A stretch of DNA of 63,088 bases, the filler included, from Nemertoderma westbladi (Eukaryota; Animalia; Xenacoelomorpha), in assembly GCA_032718475.1 (NCBI GenBank). It is 4 parts of 4 records of this genome, joined end to end, with 100 filler letters (N's around TTAATTAATTAA, not from the genome) between each part and the next. Parts side by side here need not be neighbours in the genome. Positions count along the whole stretch, not along the records: positions 1 to 19,252 come from JAUCBJ010000882.1; 3 more parts are not named here. One strand, written 5' to 3'. The position numbers and the translations under genes were made by a program. This document shows, piece by piece, positions 1 through 12,157 of the stretch (within the stretch, counting starts at the first letter, position 1; each line of letters begins with the position of its first letter). The notes below the pieces were generated by a model. The model saw only the letters and a list, made by a program, of their open reading frames with translations. It was not told where the DNA came from and made no database searches.

Positions 1-2678
1 CAAGCTGTGAGAGAAAAACACATTGCTTTAAAAAACGCAGCAGTGGGATGCCTGTTTGCGTTTGCGTTTTACATTTTTCTACAAATCTTAATGAGAATAC
101 ATGAAATTTGAAACCAAGATAGTTTCATCTCACTCTTCCTTGCTGGGTGAGCCAGAATTTTTATTTTGCTTTCAATCTTTAGCTACCAGCGTTTAAAAGG
201 TATCTCAGGCGATATTTCACTAGTTGCAGTGCAGTTATTCTTCAACCTTATAGTCTGTTAAGAGAACGTGGAAAGCTGAGGGTGCAAGGATTCCAAAAAT
301 GCAAAAACATTTGAATTTGGTTGGTATTCTCCAACAAGTGACACTCGTCGACGCCCCCCCCCCCCCCCCAATCCCACACTCTTCGACGTCCCCCCCAGTC
401 CCACACCCACTAGAGTCGTCGACGCCCCCCCCCCAGTCCCACACTCGTCGACGTCCCCCCCCCCAGTCCCACACTCGTCGACGCCCCCCCCCCCCCCAGC
501 CTCACACCCACTACACTCGTCGACGCCCCCCCCCCCCCCCCCCCCGAATGCGTCCCCCCAGAAACGATTGATAATATTAAATCATCAATTCAAAGGAACA
601 TTAATGGTATACAATACAGTATAATATACACACTATAAAATAATACTATATATTACTATATTCGCGATTTCTTGGCTGCTACTTTTGAGCAGTGATACCA
701 AAACGAAACAAAGAAATAAAATATTTTTGATTTTTTGTTTTTGTTTATTCTGAATAATTTTAGTTACGTTTCTTAGTCATTTGTTAATATTAGTTTCGTT
801 TCGTTTTCTTAATTTAATTGGCTATATATAAGGTGAACCAAATCCGCTAGCAGAATTTGTCCGTGGGGACTAAATCCACTAGCAGATCACAAGGAAGCAT
901 ACCAAATGAGGAGACAGAGGGAATCCGTACTCTGCAGACAGCACTCACTATGTACATTGTCCAATGTCTAACTGTAGGTATCCGCTATCCGGTATTTAGC
1001 TGATTCAGACAGAGCGTTGCGTTGCTAGGATAATGTTCCATTGACCATTAACTATTTATTGTTAAATAAATAAAAAATAAACTTAAAGTCTTTTTTTTAA
1101 GTTCTAACAAATTTGGATTATGTGGATTTTATTTACAAATATATCACATTTCAGAAAAAAACGCAAATTGCATGTTTTCGAAAAAAGTGGTTTAGCGCAA
1201 GCTGTGAGAGAAAAACGCATTGCGTTAAAAAACGCAGCAGTGGGATGCCTGTTTGCGTTTTACATTTTTCTACAAATCTTAATGAGAATACATGAAATTT
1301 GAAACCAAGATAGTTTCATCTCACTCCTTGCTGGGTGAGCCAGAATTTTTATTTTTGCTTTCAATCTTTAGCTACAAGCGTTTAAAAGGTATCTCATGCG
1401 ATATTTCACTAGTTGCAGTGCAGTTATTCTTCAACCTTATAGTGGTTTGGTCTGTTAAAAGAACGTGGAAAGCTGAGGGTGCAAGGATTCCAAAATTTTA
1501 AAAACATTTGAATTTGGTTGGGAAATAGCTGAGATATGGGCATTCGAAAGTTGCATGTATTTGCTTCCTAGGCAGACCATTTATTCTACTGTATTTAATA
1601 AATACACAAATTCTGGAACATTTTGTTTATCCCTTACATAGCTGGGCAACAATGCAATGACACTATAATCACACTATTACGTAGCTATTTATACATAAAT
1701 ATAAAGTTCTAGAATGAACAAAATAACATTACTCTTGTCTACTGTACACCATGTCCTGGAATATAGTGTCATTATTCAGGTACTTGGACCCCCCCCCCCC
1801 CCCCCCAAATTTTTCTACAAATCTTAATGAGATTGCATGAAATTTGAAACAAAGTCAGTTTCACCTCCCTCCTCCTTGCTGGGTGAGCGAGAATTTTTAT
1901 TTTTGCTTTCATTCTTTAGCTACAAGCGTTTGAAAAAGGTGTCTTCGGCGATATTTCACCAGGTTACACTCCAGTCATTCTTCAACCTTATAGTGATTTG
2001 TTGGTACCGATGGAAAGCTGTCCATGCAAGGATTCCAAATATGTAAAAATATTTGAATTTGGTTGGGAAATATCTGAGATATGGGCATTCGAATGTTGCA
2101 TGTAATTTGCTTCCCCTAGCAGGCCATTTATTATATTTAGTAAATGTACCATATTCTAGAACATTTTGTTTATTCCATACGTAGCTGGGGCAACAATGCA
2201 ATACCTCTTTAATTATACTATTTCGTAGCTATTCATAAATAAACAAAATGTTCTAGAATATGGTATTATTATTTAATAGAATAAAATAGCCTCATGCAGA
2301 TGCAAAACCACGCAAATTTTGAACGCTCATATCTCAGCTATTTTCCAACCAAATTCAGATTATGTTACATATTTGGAATCCTTGCATGGGCAGCTTTCTT
2401 TTGGTACCATCAAATCACTATAAGGTTGAAGAATGACTGCACTGTGACCTGGTGAAATATCGCCGGAGACACCTTTTTCAAACGCTTGTAGCTAAGAATG
2501 AAAGCGAAAATAAAAATTCTGGCTCACCCAGTAAGGAGGAGGGAGGTGAAACTAGAGTAACTCTGTTTCAAATTTCATGCAATCTCATTAAGATTTGTAG
2601 AAACATTTTTTGGGGGGGGGGGGCAGGTACCTGAATAACGTCAAATATCTACTAAAAATATTCCAGGACATGGTGTAT
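1..2678. mobile_element. Cluster of non-autonomous DNA-transposon-like repeats (direct copies ~1-330 and ~1198-1570; foldback copy ~1745-2678)
   Basis: caagctgtgagagaaaa...ttgaatttggttgg recurs at 1 and 1198. 1745-2240 and 2290-2678 are mutually inverted (tacaccatgtcctggaata / tattccaggacatggtgta; poly-C / poly-G tracts). The same family recurs at ~5786-6160 and 55961-56170. Confidence 0.7.
341..560. repeat. C-rich minisatellite (~25-30-bp unit cacactcgtcgacg + poly-C)
   Basis: About 6 imperfect units are visible; they explain the spurious Pro-rich ORFs. Confidence 0.85.
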
Positions 2679-2811
2679 GTACTTACAGTATTCATTCAGT
2701 ATATCTATTTGCAGGAAAATAAATTTCACTAACACCAAAATTAATCTACTACACATTAAATAAACAAAGTCACAGTTTGAAAAACGTTAGAGATGTGGTA
2801 ATGCTATCCTG

Positions 2812-4881
2812 TTAAGGTATGAAATATCGAGGAGTGTTCATGTGGTATCTGTGACCTAGATCGCCATCATGTCCAATGATGCGATTACCGAACTTTGTGG
2901 AGAATCTGATTGTAGCATCAACTTTGTTTCCGTCCGTTGTAGAACCCTGAAAGTCCTCCACGTTAGTCGCTGTTGGTAGTCGAAACTTTCCCAGTTGGAT
3001 TTCTGTGTCGCTGACGATACCGCGAGATATTCTAGCGAAACCAATCCTCAGCAAACGTTTGTACATAAGATAGAGGCAAAACCTGTTGGTGTCGTCTGGG
3101 TCAATGTCTTTTAATTCTCCTTCCCGCAGTAATTCTTTATAATCAGAAGTCGATGTATTTGCTAACAAATATCCGGCGACAACTAAAGGTCGTTGTGAAT
3201 CTCTCACAAGATTAGCTATGTACTCAATTTGCAATTTTCTGTCCAGCTTATCTTGTCTATCTCCGAGGTTACCAATCACTACATCTACAAGTCGACCGCC
3301 ACCGATATCAAGCGTAGCTTTAATCCCAGCAGAAACTTCCCCCTGAGGCGAAGGCAAGATGTGGTGCTGACTGTTAACAATAGGGAAACGGCTCAGTAAC
3401 ATTACGCCCCATGTATGATACTTTGGTGAGTGCCCGAAATCGCAATGCCATCGCAGAGCTTCCGCCAAGAACGCACAGTTATCATTGTTTCCGTTCAGTG
3501 GGTTGGATGCGCTGGATTTGAAAATGGCAAAGACGTCGGCTTGAGAATGTTTTATAACTTCCACCGCGGCATTTTGATTTGGCCATCCGTCTTTCTGTGC
3601 CCCGAATCGCAAAGCCCAGACTCCAACATTTAAGTCTATGTTGGTTTCTGAGACAGGTTTGTTGGTTAGATTGTAATAGCGAGTTGCGAAACCAAGCAAA
3701 CTGATGGTTGTAATAAAAACTGCTAGATTCTTAACTTCTTCGAAATCTATTAACTTATCATTCTTATGAAATTTAAGTTCCCATTTGTAACTTAAAACAC
3801 TTAAACATATTACAACAACGGAGAAGATGATAATAATATCCGTTCTTTCACGGATGATTTCACCTCTTGGAATAGCGTTAAAGGCTGTGCACAACATCAA
3901 TCCGAAACCCAAGGCCATCTTGGTGAGCAATGCCACAGCCACTGTAGGTAGGGGTGGACATTGGGATGCTCGCTCATACACAATCGCTGCATTCGATGTC
4001 AAATAGACAACTAATACCACCCCGGCGGCAAAACAAGTATACGCACTTGTGAACAAGATACCTATGGATGAAATAACACCAACGACAGACCATAGTGGGT
4101 GGGAGACAATAGTCGACCCCATGGTTGAAATAAAGAACCCACAGGTTGCAGCTAAAATAACCGCTATACCATGGGGGATGGGGGTAGGACCGGGATTAGA
4201 GAAGGATTGACCACACCATCTGCATACAACAGAGATCTCATTGACAAAAACCCACTGGAGAAACATCAGACACCCCAAGCCGAGACCAGCAATCATCCAT
4301 CTTTTATTCCTGTGGATAAGTCGCTCATTTTTCCTCAAAGTATCTCCTTTAGATTGTTCAATATTGTCGAAATCATTTTCAATGATGAGACCAGTGGTAA
4401 CCATCGCAATACCCAAACAGATTCTACTAATTTTAAAACTAAAAAACACGGGATTCATTGTGAGACACCAAATTCGGGCAGCCAATAAGAATAGACCTCC
4501 AAGGGATATACTCCAGAAGAATATTTTCCTCTGATGCAAATCTCTGTGCCATAAAAGGCAACAAAAAAGTAATGCCATGGCTGCATTGCCAACACTGCAG
4601 AGAGCCAGACGCTGGAACTTGTCGGTTGAGTGGAAGGAAGCAACAGCTAGAAGACTCGTTAGTCTCAATGTAGCCAATCCGTAATGTGTAGAGGCAATGT
4701 TGAACACACCAGGTATGGCTAGAAGTATGGTGGTCAGAGACGCGAACGCAGTAAATTCATAGCCACTAATACCGCGTGCATCAATGATAAATGACCAAAT
4801 TGTAGGGGCTAGACTATCGAAGGTTGATAAATAAATGTACCCGAGGTATGACTCAAGTGCTAATTGAATACCTCGCTTCAT
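2812..4881 (-). CDS. CWH43: CWH43 / PGAP2-interacting protein-like (multi-TM N-terminus plus C-terminal endonuclease/exonuclease/phosphatase-fold domain), single exon, 689 aa from first ATG
   Basis: Many hydrophobic helices, then family motifs HTWGVMLLSRFPIVNSQHHILPSPQGE, LDRKLQ, DIDPDDTNRFCLYLMYKRL, ARISRGIVSDTEIQ, GHRYHMNTPRYF. The ORF-track start (4917) is TTG; the first ATG is at 4881. Confidence 0.88.
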   Translation of the reverse strand: MKRGIQLALESYLGYIYLSTFDSLAPTIWSFIIDARGISGYEFTAFASLTTILLAIPGVFNIASTHYGLATLRLTSLLAVASFHSTDKFQRLALCSVGNAAMALLFCCLLWHRDLHQRKIFFWSISLGGLFLLAARIWCLTMNPVFFSFKISRICLGIAMVTTGLIIENDFDNIEQSKGDTLRKNERLIHRNKRWMIAGLGLGCLMFLQWVFVNEISVVCRWCGQSFSNPGPTPIPHGIAVILAATCGFFISTMGSTIVSHPLWSVVGVISSIGILFTSAYTCFAAGVVLVVYLTSNAAIVYERASQCPPLPTVAVALLTKMALGFGLMLCTAFNAIPRGEIIRERTDIIIIFSVVVICLSVLSYKWELKFHKNDKLIDFEEVKNLAVFITTISLLGFATRYYNLTNKPVSETNIDLNVGVWALRFGAQKDGWPNQNAAVEVIKHSQADVFAIFKSSASNPLNGNNDNCAFLAEALRWHCDFGHSPKYHTWGVMLLSRFPIVNSQHHILPSPQGEVSAGIKATLDIGGGRLVDVVIGNLGDRQDKLDRKLQIEYIANLVRDSQRPLVVAGYLLANTSTSDYKELLREGELKDIDPDDTNRFCLYLMYKRLLRIGFARISRGIVSDTEIQLGKFRLPTATNVEDFQGSTTDGNKVDATIRFSTKFGNRIIGHDGDLGHRYHMNTPRYFIP

Positions 4882-5785
4882 AATTAGTAATCTTGGAAAA
4901 GGGTATATGTAATACAATTGATATACTATATATATAGGTCTATTAATAAATTAATATAAACATGCAACACTAATAGTATCACAAATAACAAATTAATCCA
5001 TTAGTAACGATTGGTTAATAAACCTGTCAACTTTTATAAGCAATAAAAGTAGGGCCGAAATTGACTTACAGACAAAGGTTGGATAGAGACAAGCTCCATC
5101 CAAATGGAGAACATGTCCAGTTGGTGCCAAGATTCTTTAGTAGGGCCTACAGACAATACTCGCTAAAACCTGTAGGACAACCAATTACAGTCACTTACTA
5201 TATTGTACACGTGGTGTACTGGAAACGGTGCTGTACAGTGGAGAGCAAAATAATAGTAAGTTCGTAGCTGCTGGTGGTTATTATAACAGTAGGCCTACCG
5301 CTACCGGTACGTAGGCTTGGACATGTATGCACTAAGCTTGCTGCTTTTGTTTATTTCGTTACCATGTGAATGTAAAGCCAATGCTGCAGCACTTTACAAC
5401 TGCTGTAGCATATGCAAGGCGTGTCAATGGTTTGCTAGTAATTATTATTATTATTGGAGTGTTTTAATGATATTTGAATTTGCCCCACGCTTATTAGTAG
5501 ATGCATTGTCACGTAAGCCCCTTCACCCTCGTACACAATAGTAGAATAATAAAAGTGATATACAGTTACTGTTTGTAATATCAGTGCTGTTTCCTAATGA
5601 TGTAGGCTACATCATCATTTGTTTCCTCCTAAAATCAAATTGAAATATGATCTATAAATGGATTTAAAGGCGGGCGCATTTTTTCCCCTAAAAAAACATG
5701 AATGAAAAAGAAACCAAAAATAAATTATATCGATATTACGTTAAACACCCCACTACTGACACTAATTACACCATTACCCGTAATC

Positions 5786-7420
5786 TAGTGTCATTTTCTG
5801 ATGACACCCCCCCCCCCCCCCCCCCCCCCCCAATTTTTCTACAAATCTTTATCACTTAGCTTGAAATTTGAAACACAACTACTGTAGTTCCACTCACCGT
5901 GGTTGTTACTATGAAGCCGGAATTTTCGATTTTGCTTGTAAATATTTTATAAGCGTTTTAAAAAAGTCTCTTTTGCGAAATTGCACATTTCCTATCTTCA
6001 TCAATCGTCATATTAGTGAAGAATTTTTCATATCAATAGAAAACTTGCGTTGAAAGGATTCCAAATATGTAACAATATCTGAATTTTGTTGAGAAACAAC
6101 TGAGATATAGGCGTTCAAAGATTGTAAGAATTATTGTTCGCTGCAGGCCATTTATTCTATTGCACTTACTCGAAAAACATTCGAAAAACGTAGTTAATAA
6201 TCAGCACGAAACAAATCAAATAAACTAACTATTCCAAAGCAAATAACTCTCAGTACCGGAGAAAATCACCCGTAACCCCACTAGAGAACTGCATGTATTC
6301 TAAATGAACTTTTGAAACGTAAATTTCTTACCACAATTTATTTGCCAATTTTAATTCTTGTGGGGTTTTTGAGGTCGGTGAATCCGATGGGACACTTTAA
6401 AAAAATCTGACCCAAGTCTTGCCTGTTATTTTTTACAGTACTTGCACTTTTCGTTCTATATCAAAATTTCAAAGTGATGGGCAAATAGACAGACATACAG
6501 ACACAAAGCCTAGATTCCGCCAAACACAAAAAATAACATCAGAAATGAAATCTCCACCCCAGTAAACACCCATAACGCAAAATTTAACTAGGCGGTGTGA
6601 TTTATTATAATTGGACGGACAACTAGCAGACAGACAGACAGACAGTCAGTCTAGATTCCACCAAACATAAAAATTTACATCAGAAATGAAATCTCCGACC
6701 CCGAAAACCCCATAACGAAATAAATTTTAGTTAGTTTATCATCATCCTTACTGTCGGACATTATTTAATTGACATTCTATTCTATTTCTATTCTATTCTA
6801 TTCTAATTGACATTCTTAATTGACATAGTACAGTTTGAGAGGGAAGATTCAAAAATGACATTTTGTTTTCGTCATTTACTCCTATTTCATTTTTTGGTCA
6901 CTTTTAGTCACTAAAAATGTATCGATTCCTTCAATCTTAACCGATTTGGCTAATTTTTTTTGTTTGAAAGACCTGGGCCTCCTGAACAAATTCCTTCGAT
7001 GGATTTTTGAATTTCACTCTAGTTCTCGAGAAAAGTTAGATTAAAGCCAGTGTAGTCTATAAAAATAAAAATTTCATGCCTTCGTGTCATGAAATGTGCA
7101 AAAAAATCATTTTGAAAAAGAAATTCAAAAATTCCTCTAAGGGATAGTCTATTATAAAGGGGTAGTCAGTGCACCTACTCACCAATTTTTAGATAAAAAT
7201 ACTCAAAATTGTAGGAGGAGATACATTTTAAGAACGGACCGATCAAAATTTCGTGAAATTGGCTATTAGCCAATCAGACGCGAGTATTTTAGTTGTGTGA
7301 CCACGGAACTGGAAAGCCCGTCCATTTACCTTTCAGAATATATATATATATATATGTCCTGGTATCAAATAAATTACCCCCTCTCCCCCTCCCTAAACAT
7401 TCTAGTGCGACCTCCTGTAT
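5786..7420. mobile_element. Non-autonomous DNA-transposon relics (poly-C family copy followed by an element with internal ~130-bp repeats)
   Basis: tagtgtcattttctgatgacac+poly-C terminus as at 55961; duplicated ctagattcc.ccaaaca.aaaaa..acatcagaaatgaaatctcc at ~6510 and ~6650. Confidence 0.5.
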
Positions 7421-7891
7421 TTTAGTTTCATTAATTAGCTAAAAAAGGTCTCCAAGTAGATATTGTGCCAATCGCACCTCAATTATTCGTCAACATGATA
7501 GTGGTTTGTTGTAGGAAATAGGAAATGCAATGTTGTAAGGATTCATTTCGTTAAGGAATAGATTTTGCGAAGAATACCGTACCCTAAACCTAATCGGATC
7601 ACACCATGTCACTTCTGGCTTACTACCATGGCGACCATGGCATGAGACTTGTTATCAGGCGATTAACTACTGGCTGACAGTAAATACGTTGCAGAAACAA
7701 CTACAAATTAGTTTGTTTATATCGCAATAGAAAATCGTTGATGATAAATTTATTATTTCAACAAAGAAAAGTTACAACTTCGGATTCATAACATAAAATG
7801 TGGCGATAAATACAACAACAAATAAAACAATTAACAATTAACGATTAAACTATTTATAGTTTTGGTGTTATTATAAATATTATACACTCTA

Positions 7892-10690
7892 TACCTAGTG
7901 GCACACAGCAGTAGGTTCTCTACCTAGTGGCACACAGCAGTAGGTTCTCTACCTAGTGGCACACAGCAGTAGGTTCTCTACCTAGTGGCACACAGCAGTA
8001 GGTTCTCTACCTAGTGGCACACAGCAGTAGGTTCTCTACCTAGTGGCACACAGCAGTAGGTTCTCTACCTAGTGGCACACAGCAGTAGGTTCTCTACCTA
8101 GTGGCACACAGCAGTAGGTTCTCTACCACGTGGCACACAGCAGTAGGTTCTCTATCTAGTGGCACACAGCAGTAGGTTCTCTACCTGTGGCACACAGCAG
8201 TAGGTTCTCTACCTGTGGCACACAGCATTAGGTTCTCTACCTAGTGGCACACAGCAGTAGGTTCTCTACCTAGTGGCACACAGCAGTAGGTTCTCTACCT
8301 AGTGGCACACAGCAGTAGGTTCTCTACCTAGTGGCACACAGCAGTAGGTTCTCTACCTAGTGGCACACAGCAGTAGGTTCTCTACCTAGTGGCACACAGC
8401 AGTAGGTTCTCTACCTAGTGGCACACAGCAGTAGGTTCTCTACCTAGTGGCACACAACAGTAGGTTCTCTACCTGTGGCACACAGCAGTAGGTTCTCTAC
8501 CTGTGGCACACAGCATTAGGTTCTCTACCTAGTGGCACACAGCAGTAGGTTCTCTACCTAGTGGCACACAGCAGTAGGTTCTCTACCTGTGGCACACAGC
8601 AGTAGGTTCTCTACCTAGTGGCACACAGCAGTAGGTTCTCTACCTAGTGGCACACAGCAGTAGGTTCTCTACCTGTGGCACACAGCAGTAGGTTCTCTAC
8701 CTTGTGGCACACATCAGTAGGTTCTCTACCTAGTGGCACACAGCAGTAGGTTCTCTACCTAGTGGCACACAGCAGTAGGTTCTCTACCTAGTGGCACACA
8801 GCAGTAGGTTCTCTACCTAGTGGCACACAGCAGTAGGTTCTCTACCTAGTGGCACACAGCAGTAGGTTCTCTACCTGTGGTACACAGCAGTAGGTTCTCT
8901 ACCTAGTGGCACACAGCAGTAGGTTCTCTACCTAGTGGCACACAGCAGTAGGTTCTCTACCTGTGGCACACAGCAGTAGGTTCTCTACCTAGTGGCACAC
9001 AGCAGTAGGTTCTCTACCTAGTGGCACACAGCAGTAGGTTCACTACCTAGTGGCACACAGCAGTAGGTTCTCTACCAAGTGGCACACAGCAGTAGGTTCT
9101 CTACCTAGTGGCACACAGCAGTAGGTTCTCTACCTGTGGCACACAGCAGTAGGTTCTCTACCAAGTGGCACACAGCAGTAGTTTCTCTACCTAGTGGCAC
9201 ACAGCAGTAGGTTCTCTACCTGTGGCACACAGCAGTAGGTTCTCTACCTAGTGGCACACAGCAGTAGGTTCTCTACCTAGTGGCACACAGCAGTAGGTTC
9301 TCTACCTAGTGGCACACAACAGTAGGTTCTCTACCTAGTGGCACACAACAGTAGGTTCTCTACCTAGTGGCACACAGCAGTAGGTTCTCTACCTAGTGGC
9401 ACACAGCAGTAGGTTCTCTACCTAGTGGCACACAACAGTAGGTTCTCTACCTAGTGGCACACAACAGTAGGTTCTCTACCTAGTGGCACACAGCAGTAGG
9501 TTCTCTACCTAGTGGCACACAGCAGTAGGTTCTCTACCTGTGGCACACAGCAGTAGGTTCTCTACCTAGTGGCACACAGCAGTAGGTTCTCTACCTAGTG
9601 GCACACAGCAGTAGGTTCTCTACCTAGTAGCACACAGCAGTAGGTTCTCTACCTGTGGCACACAGCAGTAGGTTCTCTACCTAGTGGCACACAGCAGTAG
9701 GTTCTCTACCTAGTGGCACACAACAGTAGGTTCTCTACCTAGTGGCACACAACAGTAGGTTCTCTACCTAGTGGCACACAACAGTAGGTTCTCTACCTAG
9801 TGGCACACAGCAGTAGGTTCTCTACCTAGTGGCACACAGCAGTAGGTTCTCTACCTGTGGCACACAGCAGTAGGTTCTCTACCTAGTGGCACACAGCAGT
9901 AGGTTCTCTACCTAGTGGCACACAGCAGTAGGTTCTCTACCTAGTGGCACACAACAGTAGGTTCTCTACCTGTGGCACACAGCAGTAGGTTCTCTACCTA
10001 GTGGCACACAGCAGTAGGTTCTCTACCTAGTGGCACACAGCAGTATGTTCTCTACCTAGTGGCACACAGCAGTAGGTTCTCTACCTAGTGGCACACAGCA
10101 GTAGGTTCTCTACCTAGTGGCACACAGCAGTAGGTTCTCTACCTAGTGGCACACAGCAGTAGGTTCTCTACCTAGTGGCACACAGCAGTAGGTTCTCTAC
10201 CTAGTGGCACACAGCAGTAGGTTCTCTACCTAGTGGCACACAGCAGTAGGTTCTCTATCTAGTGGCAGACAGCAGTAGGTTCTCTATCTAGTGGCAGACA
10301 GCAGTAGGTTCTCTACCTAGTGGCACACAGCAGTAGGTTCTCTACCTTGTGGCACACAGCAGTAGGTTCTCTACCTAGTGGCACACAGCAGTAGGTTCTC
10401 TATCTAGTGGCACACAGCAGTAGGTTCTCTACCTAGTGGCACACAACAGTAGGTTCTCTACCTAGTGGCACACAGCAGTAGGTTCTCTACCTAGTGGCAC
10501 ACAGCAGTAGGTTCTCTACCTAGTGGCACACAACAGTAGGTTCTCTACCTGTGGCACACAACAGTAGGTTCTCTACCTAGTGGCACACAGCAGGAGGTTC
10601 TCTACCTAGTGGCACACAGCAGTAGGTTCTCTACCTAGTGGCACACAGCAGTAGGTTCTCTACCTCGTGGCACACAGCAGTAGGTTCTCT
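7892..10690. repeat. 29-bp tandem array (~96 copies), unit tacctagtggcacacagcagtaggttctc, overlapping the 3' end of the DPF CDS
   Basis: Directly visible; ~2.8 kb / 29 bp; variants are 1-nt deletions and single substitutions; no unique spacers. Confidence 0.98.
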
Positions 10691-12042
10691 GCGACGCACT
10701 GCTGGCAGCTCCAACTACCCTCTGGCGGTTCAGATAGTCTCGGAATCAGACAGTACATATGGAACCCGCGGTCGCAATCGTCGCAGAAGAGTAGCTGATC
10801 GTCGTTCTCACTAGTTCCGCAGGCCATGCACGTCTTACACTCGATGCACTGCCAACGGTAGAGTTTAACCCGAGTAGTCATAGTGATGTTGAACTGCAGA
10901 CAGGAGGGATGCCCCGAGCGGCCGCAATCGGAACAGGATATTAGTTCCTCGCGACGGCCGCTCTTGCCTTTCTCCCCGGCGCCGGCGAGACAGAAGTCGC
11001 AGTAAGTGGAGGGGGCATCGTCGGGTGGAGGTGGGGGGGAGTAGGGGGCGGTTGGAAGGGGGGCGGCTGAGAGGGGGGCGGCTGAGTGTGGGGCGGCTGA
11101 GAGAGGAGCGGCAGAGAGAGGAGCGGCTGGTAGGGTGGCGGTGGGGAATGAGGAGGTGGGAGCTGCGACGGAAAAAGGAGCGAGCGAGGGGGCACAGTAA
11201 GGGGGCCCAGCGGGTGGCGGGTTGAACACCTCCACAGGGCCCGCGCGCAGCACGTGGAATGCGGCCTCGTACGGGTTGACTACAGATGAAGTCGGACCGA
11301 GTTCCTGACCTCCCCGTTGGAGGTCCAACGAGTCTCTGCTACTCGTGTCCTCCACACCACCGTTGTTTACGTGGCTGTGGTTGATATGGTAATTGAGTCC
11401 GGCGCGATTCTTGCATTTCTTGCCGCATATGTGGCATATGAGAGCGGGTTTTTCCTCCGATTTGGTATCCGAACTTCCGGTTTCCGGTTGCGATGCGGCT
11501 TTACTTTTCCTCCCGGACGATTTTCCCTTGCGGGATTTCCGTTTCCTCGAGTTTATCTCAAAGTCTTCGTCGTCGTCACCCCCGAAACTGTCGACGTCGT
11601 CCACATCACCAACTCCGTAGTCCATAAACTCGTAATCCTTATTGGCTATCGGCTCCTCAACTTCTTCCTCTTCTGGTTTTCTCTCGGTTTCCCCAACCGC
11701 CTCCGGTTGTTTATCTTTCTCCGGTGCCGCGATCGCAGGTTCTGGTCTCTCTGCAGCGCCGGTGACCACCGTAATCTGCGTCCGTGGTCTCTTTTTCCAC
11801 CGTAACGGTGGGTACGAATAAATCTGTCCCGGACGCAACCCCTTCATACGGAAACGCTTGTCCAGCCACAGTTTACCGGGGGTCTGGGCGACCCCTGTCT
11901 GCGGATCGAGGTACGGCAGACGGGATTGGCGTTCCGCTTTGACTTTGGCGTTAAACTTTGCACAACTCTCGATGGCCTCTTTGTATAAACGAGAACGGGT
12001 GGCCTCACTACCGGGTGGCACGGCTGCTTCCACTATAGACAT
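10660..12042 (-). CDS. DPF2: DPF/requiem/d4 family protein (BAF45 subunit of SWI/SNF): Requiem-N domain, C2H2 finger, tandem PHD fingers; single exon
   Basis: RLPYLDPQTGVAQ and GQIYSYP..RWKKR (Requiem-N); CHICGKKCKNRAGLNYHINHSH; YCDFCL...ELISCSDCGRSGHPSCLQF...WQCIECKTC...DQLLFCDDCDRGFHMYCL.P.L.EPPEGSWSC. The symbol names the family; it is probably co-orthologous to vertebrate DPF1/2/3. Confidence 0.95.
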   Translation of the reverse strand: MSIVEAAVPPGSEATRSRLYKEAIESCAKFNAKVKAERQSRLPYLDPQTGVAQTPGKLWLDKRFRMKGLRPGQIYSYPPLRWKKRPRTQITVVTGAAERPEPAIAAPEKDKQPEAVGETERKPEEEEVEEPIANKDYEFMDYGVGDVDDVDSFGGDDDEDFEINSRKRKSRKGKSSGRKSKAASQPETGSSDTKSEEKPALICHICGKKCKNRAGLNYHINHSHVNNGGVEDTSSRDSLDLQRGGQELGPTSSVVNPYEAAFHVLRAGPVEVFNPPPAGPPYCAPSLAPFSVAAPTSSFPTATLPAAPLSAAPLSAAPHSAAPLSAAPLPTAPYSPPPPPDDAPSTYCDFCLAGAGEKGKSGRREELISCSDCGRSGHPSCLQFNITMTTRVKLYRWQCIECKTCMACGTSENDDQLLFCDDCDRGFHMYCLIPRLSEPPEGSWSCQQCVAENLLLCATR

Positions 12043-12157
12043 GATTTATTTCAGTATTCAGGTATTTCTTTGATTGTCCTAATTTGAAATTCAGGAAAAG
12101 TAGGGATGGTCAGATAGTACTGTAGTACAGTAGTACCGGACCGCTGGGTACCGGTAC

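Noticed and set aside
235-2634. Short ORFs such as MKFETK... and the Pro-rich ORF
   Set aside because: They fall in non-coding repeat copies and poly-C tracts; no domain evidence.
3430-4643. Antisense and alternative-frame ORFs over CWH43 (likewise over DPF, the LINE and the integrase)
   Set aside because: Shadow ORFs of real coding sequence.
7892-10690. CRISPR array (29-bp repeat)
   Set aside because: Head-to-tail repeats with no unique spacers, no cas genes and a eukaryotic context.
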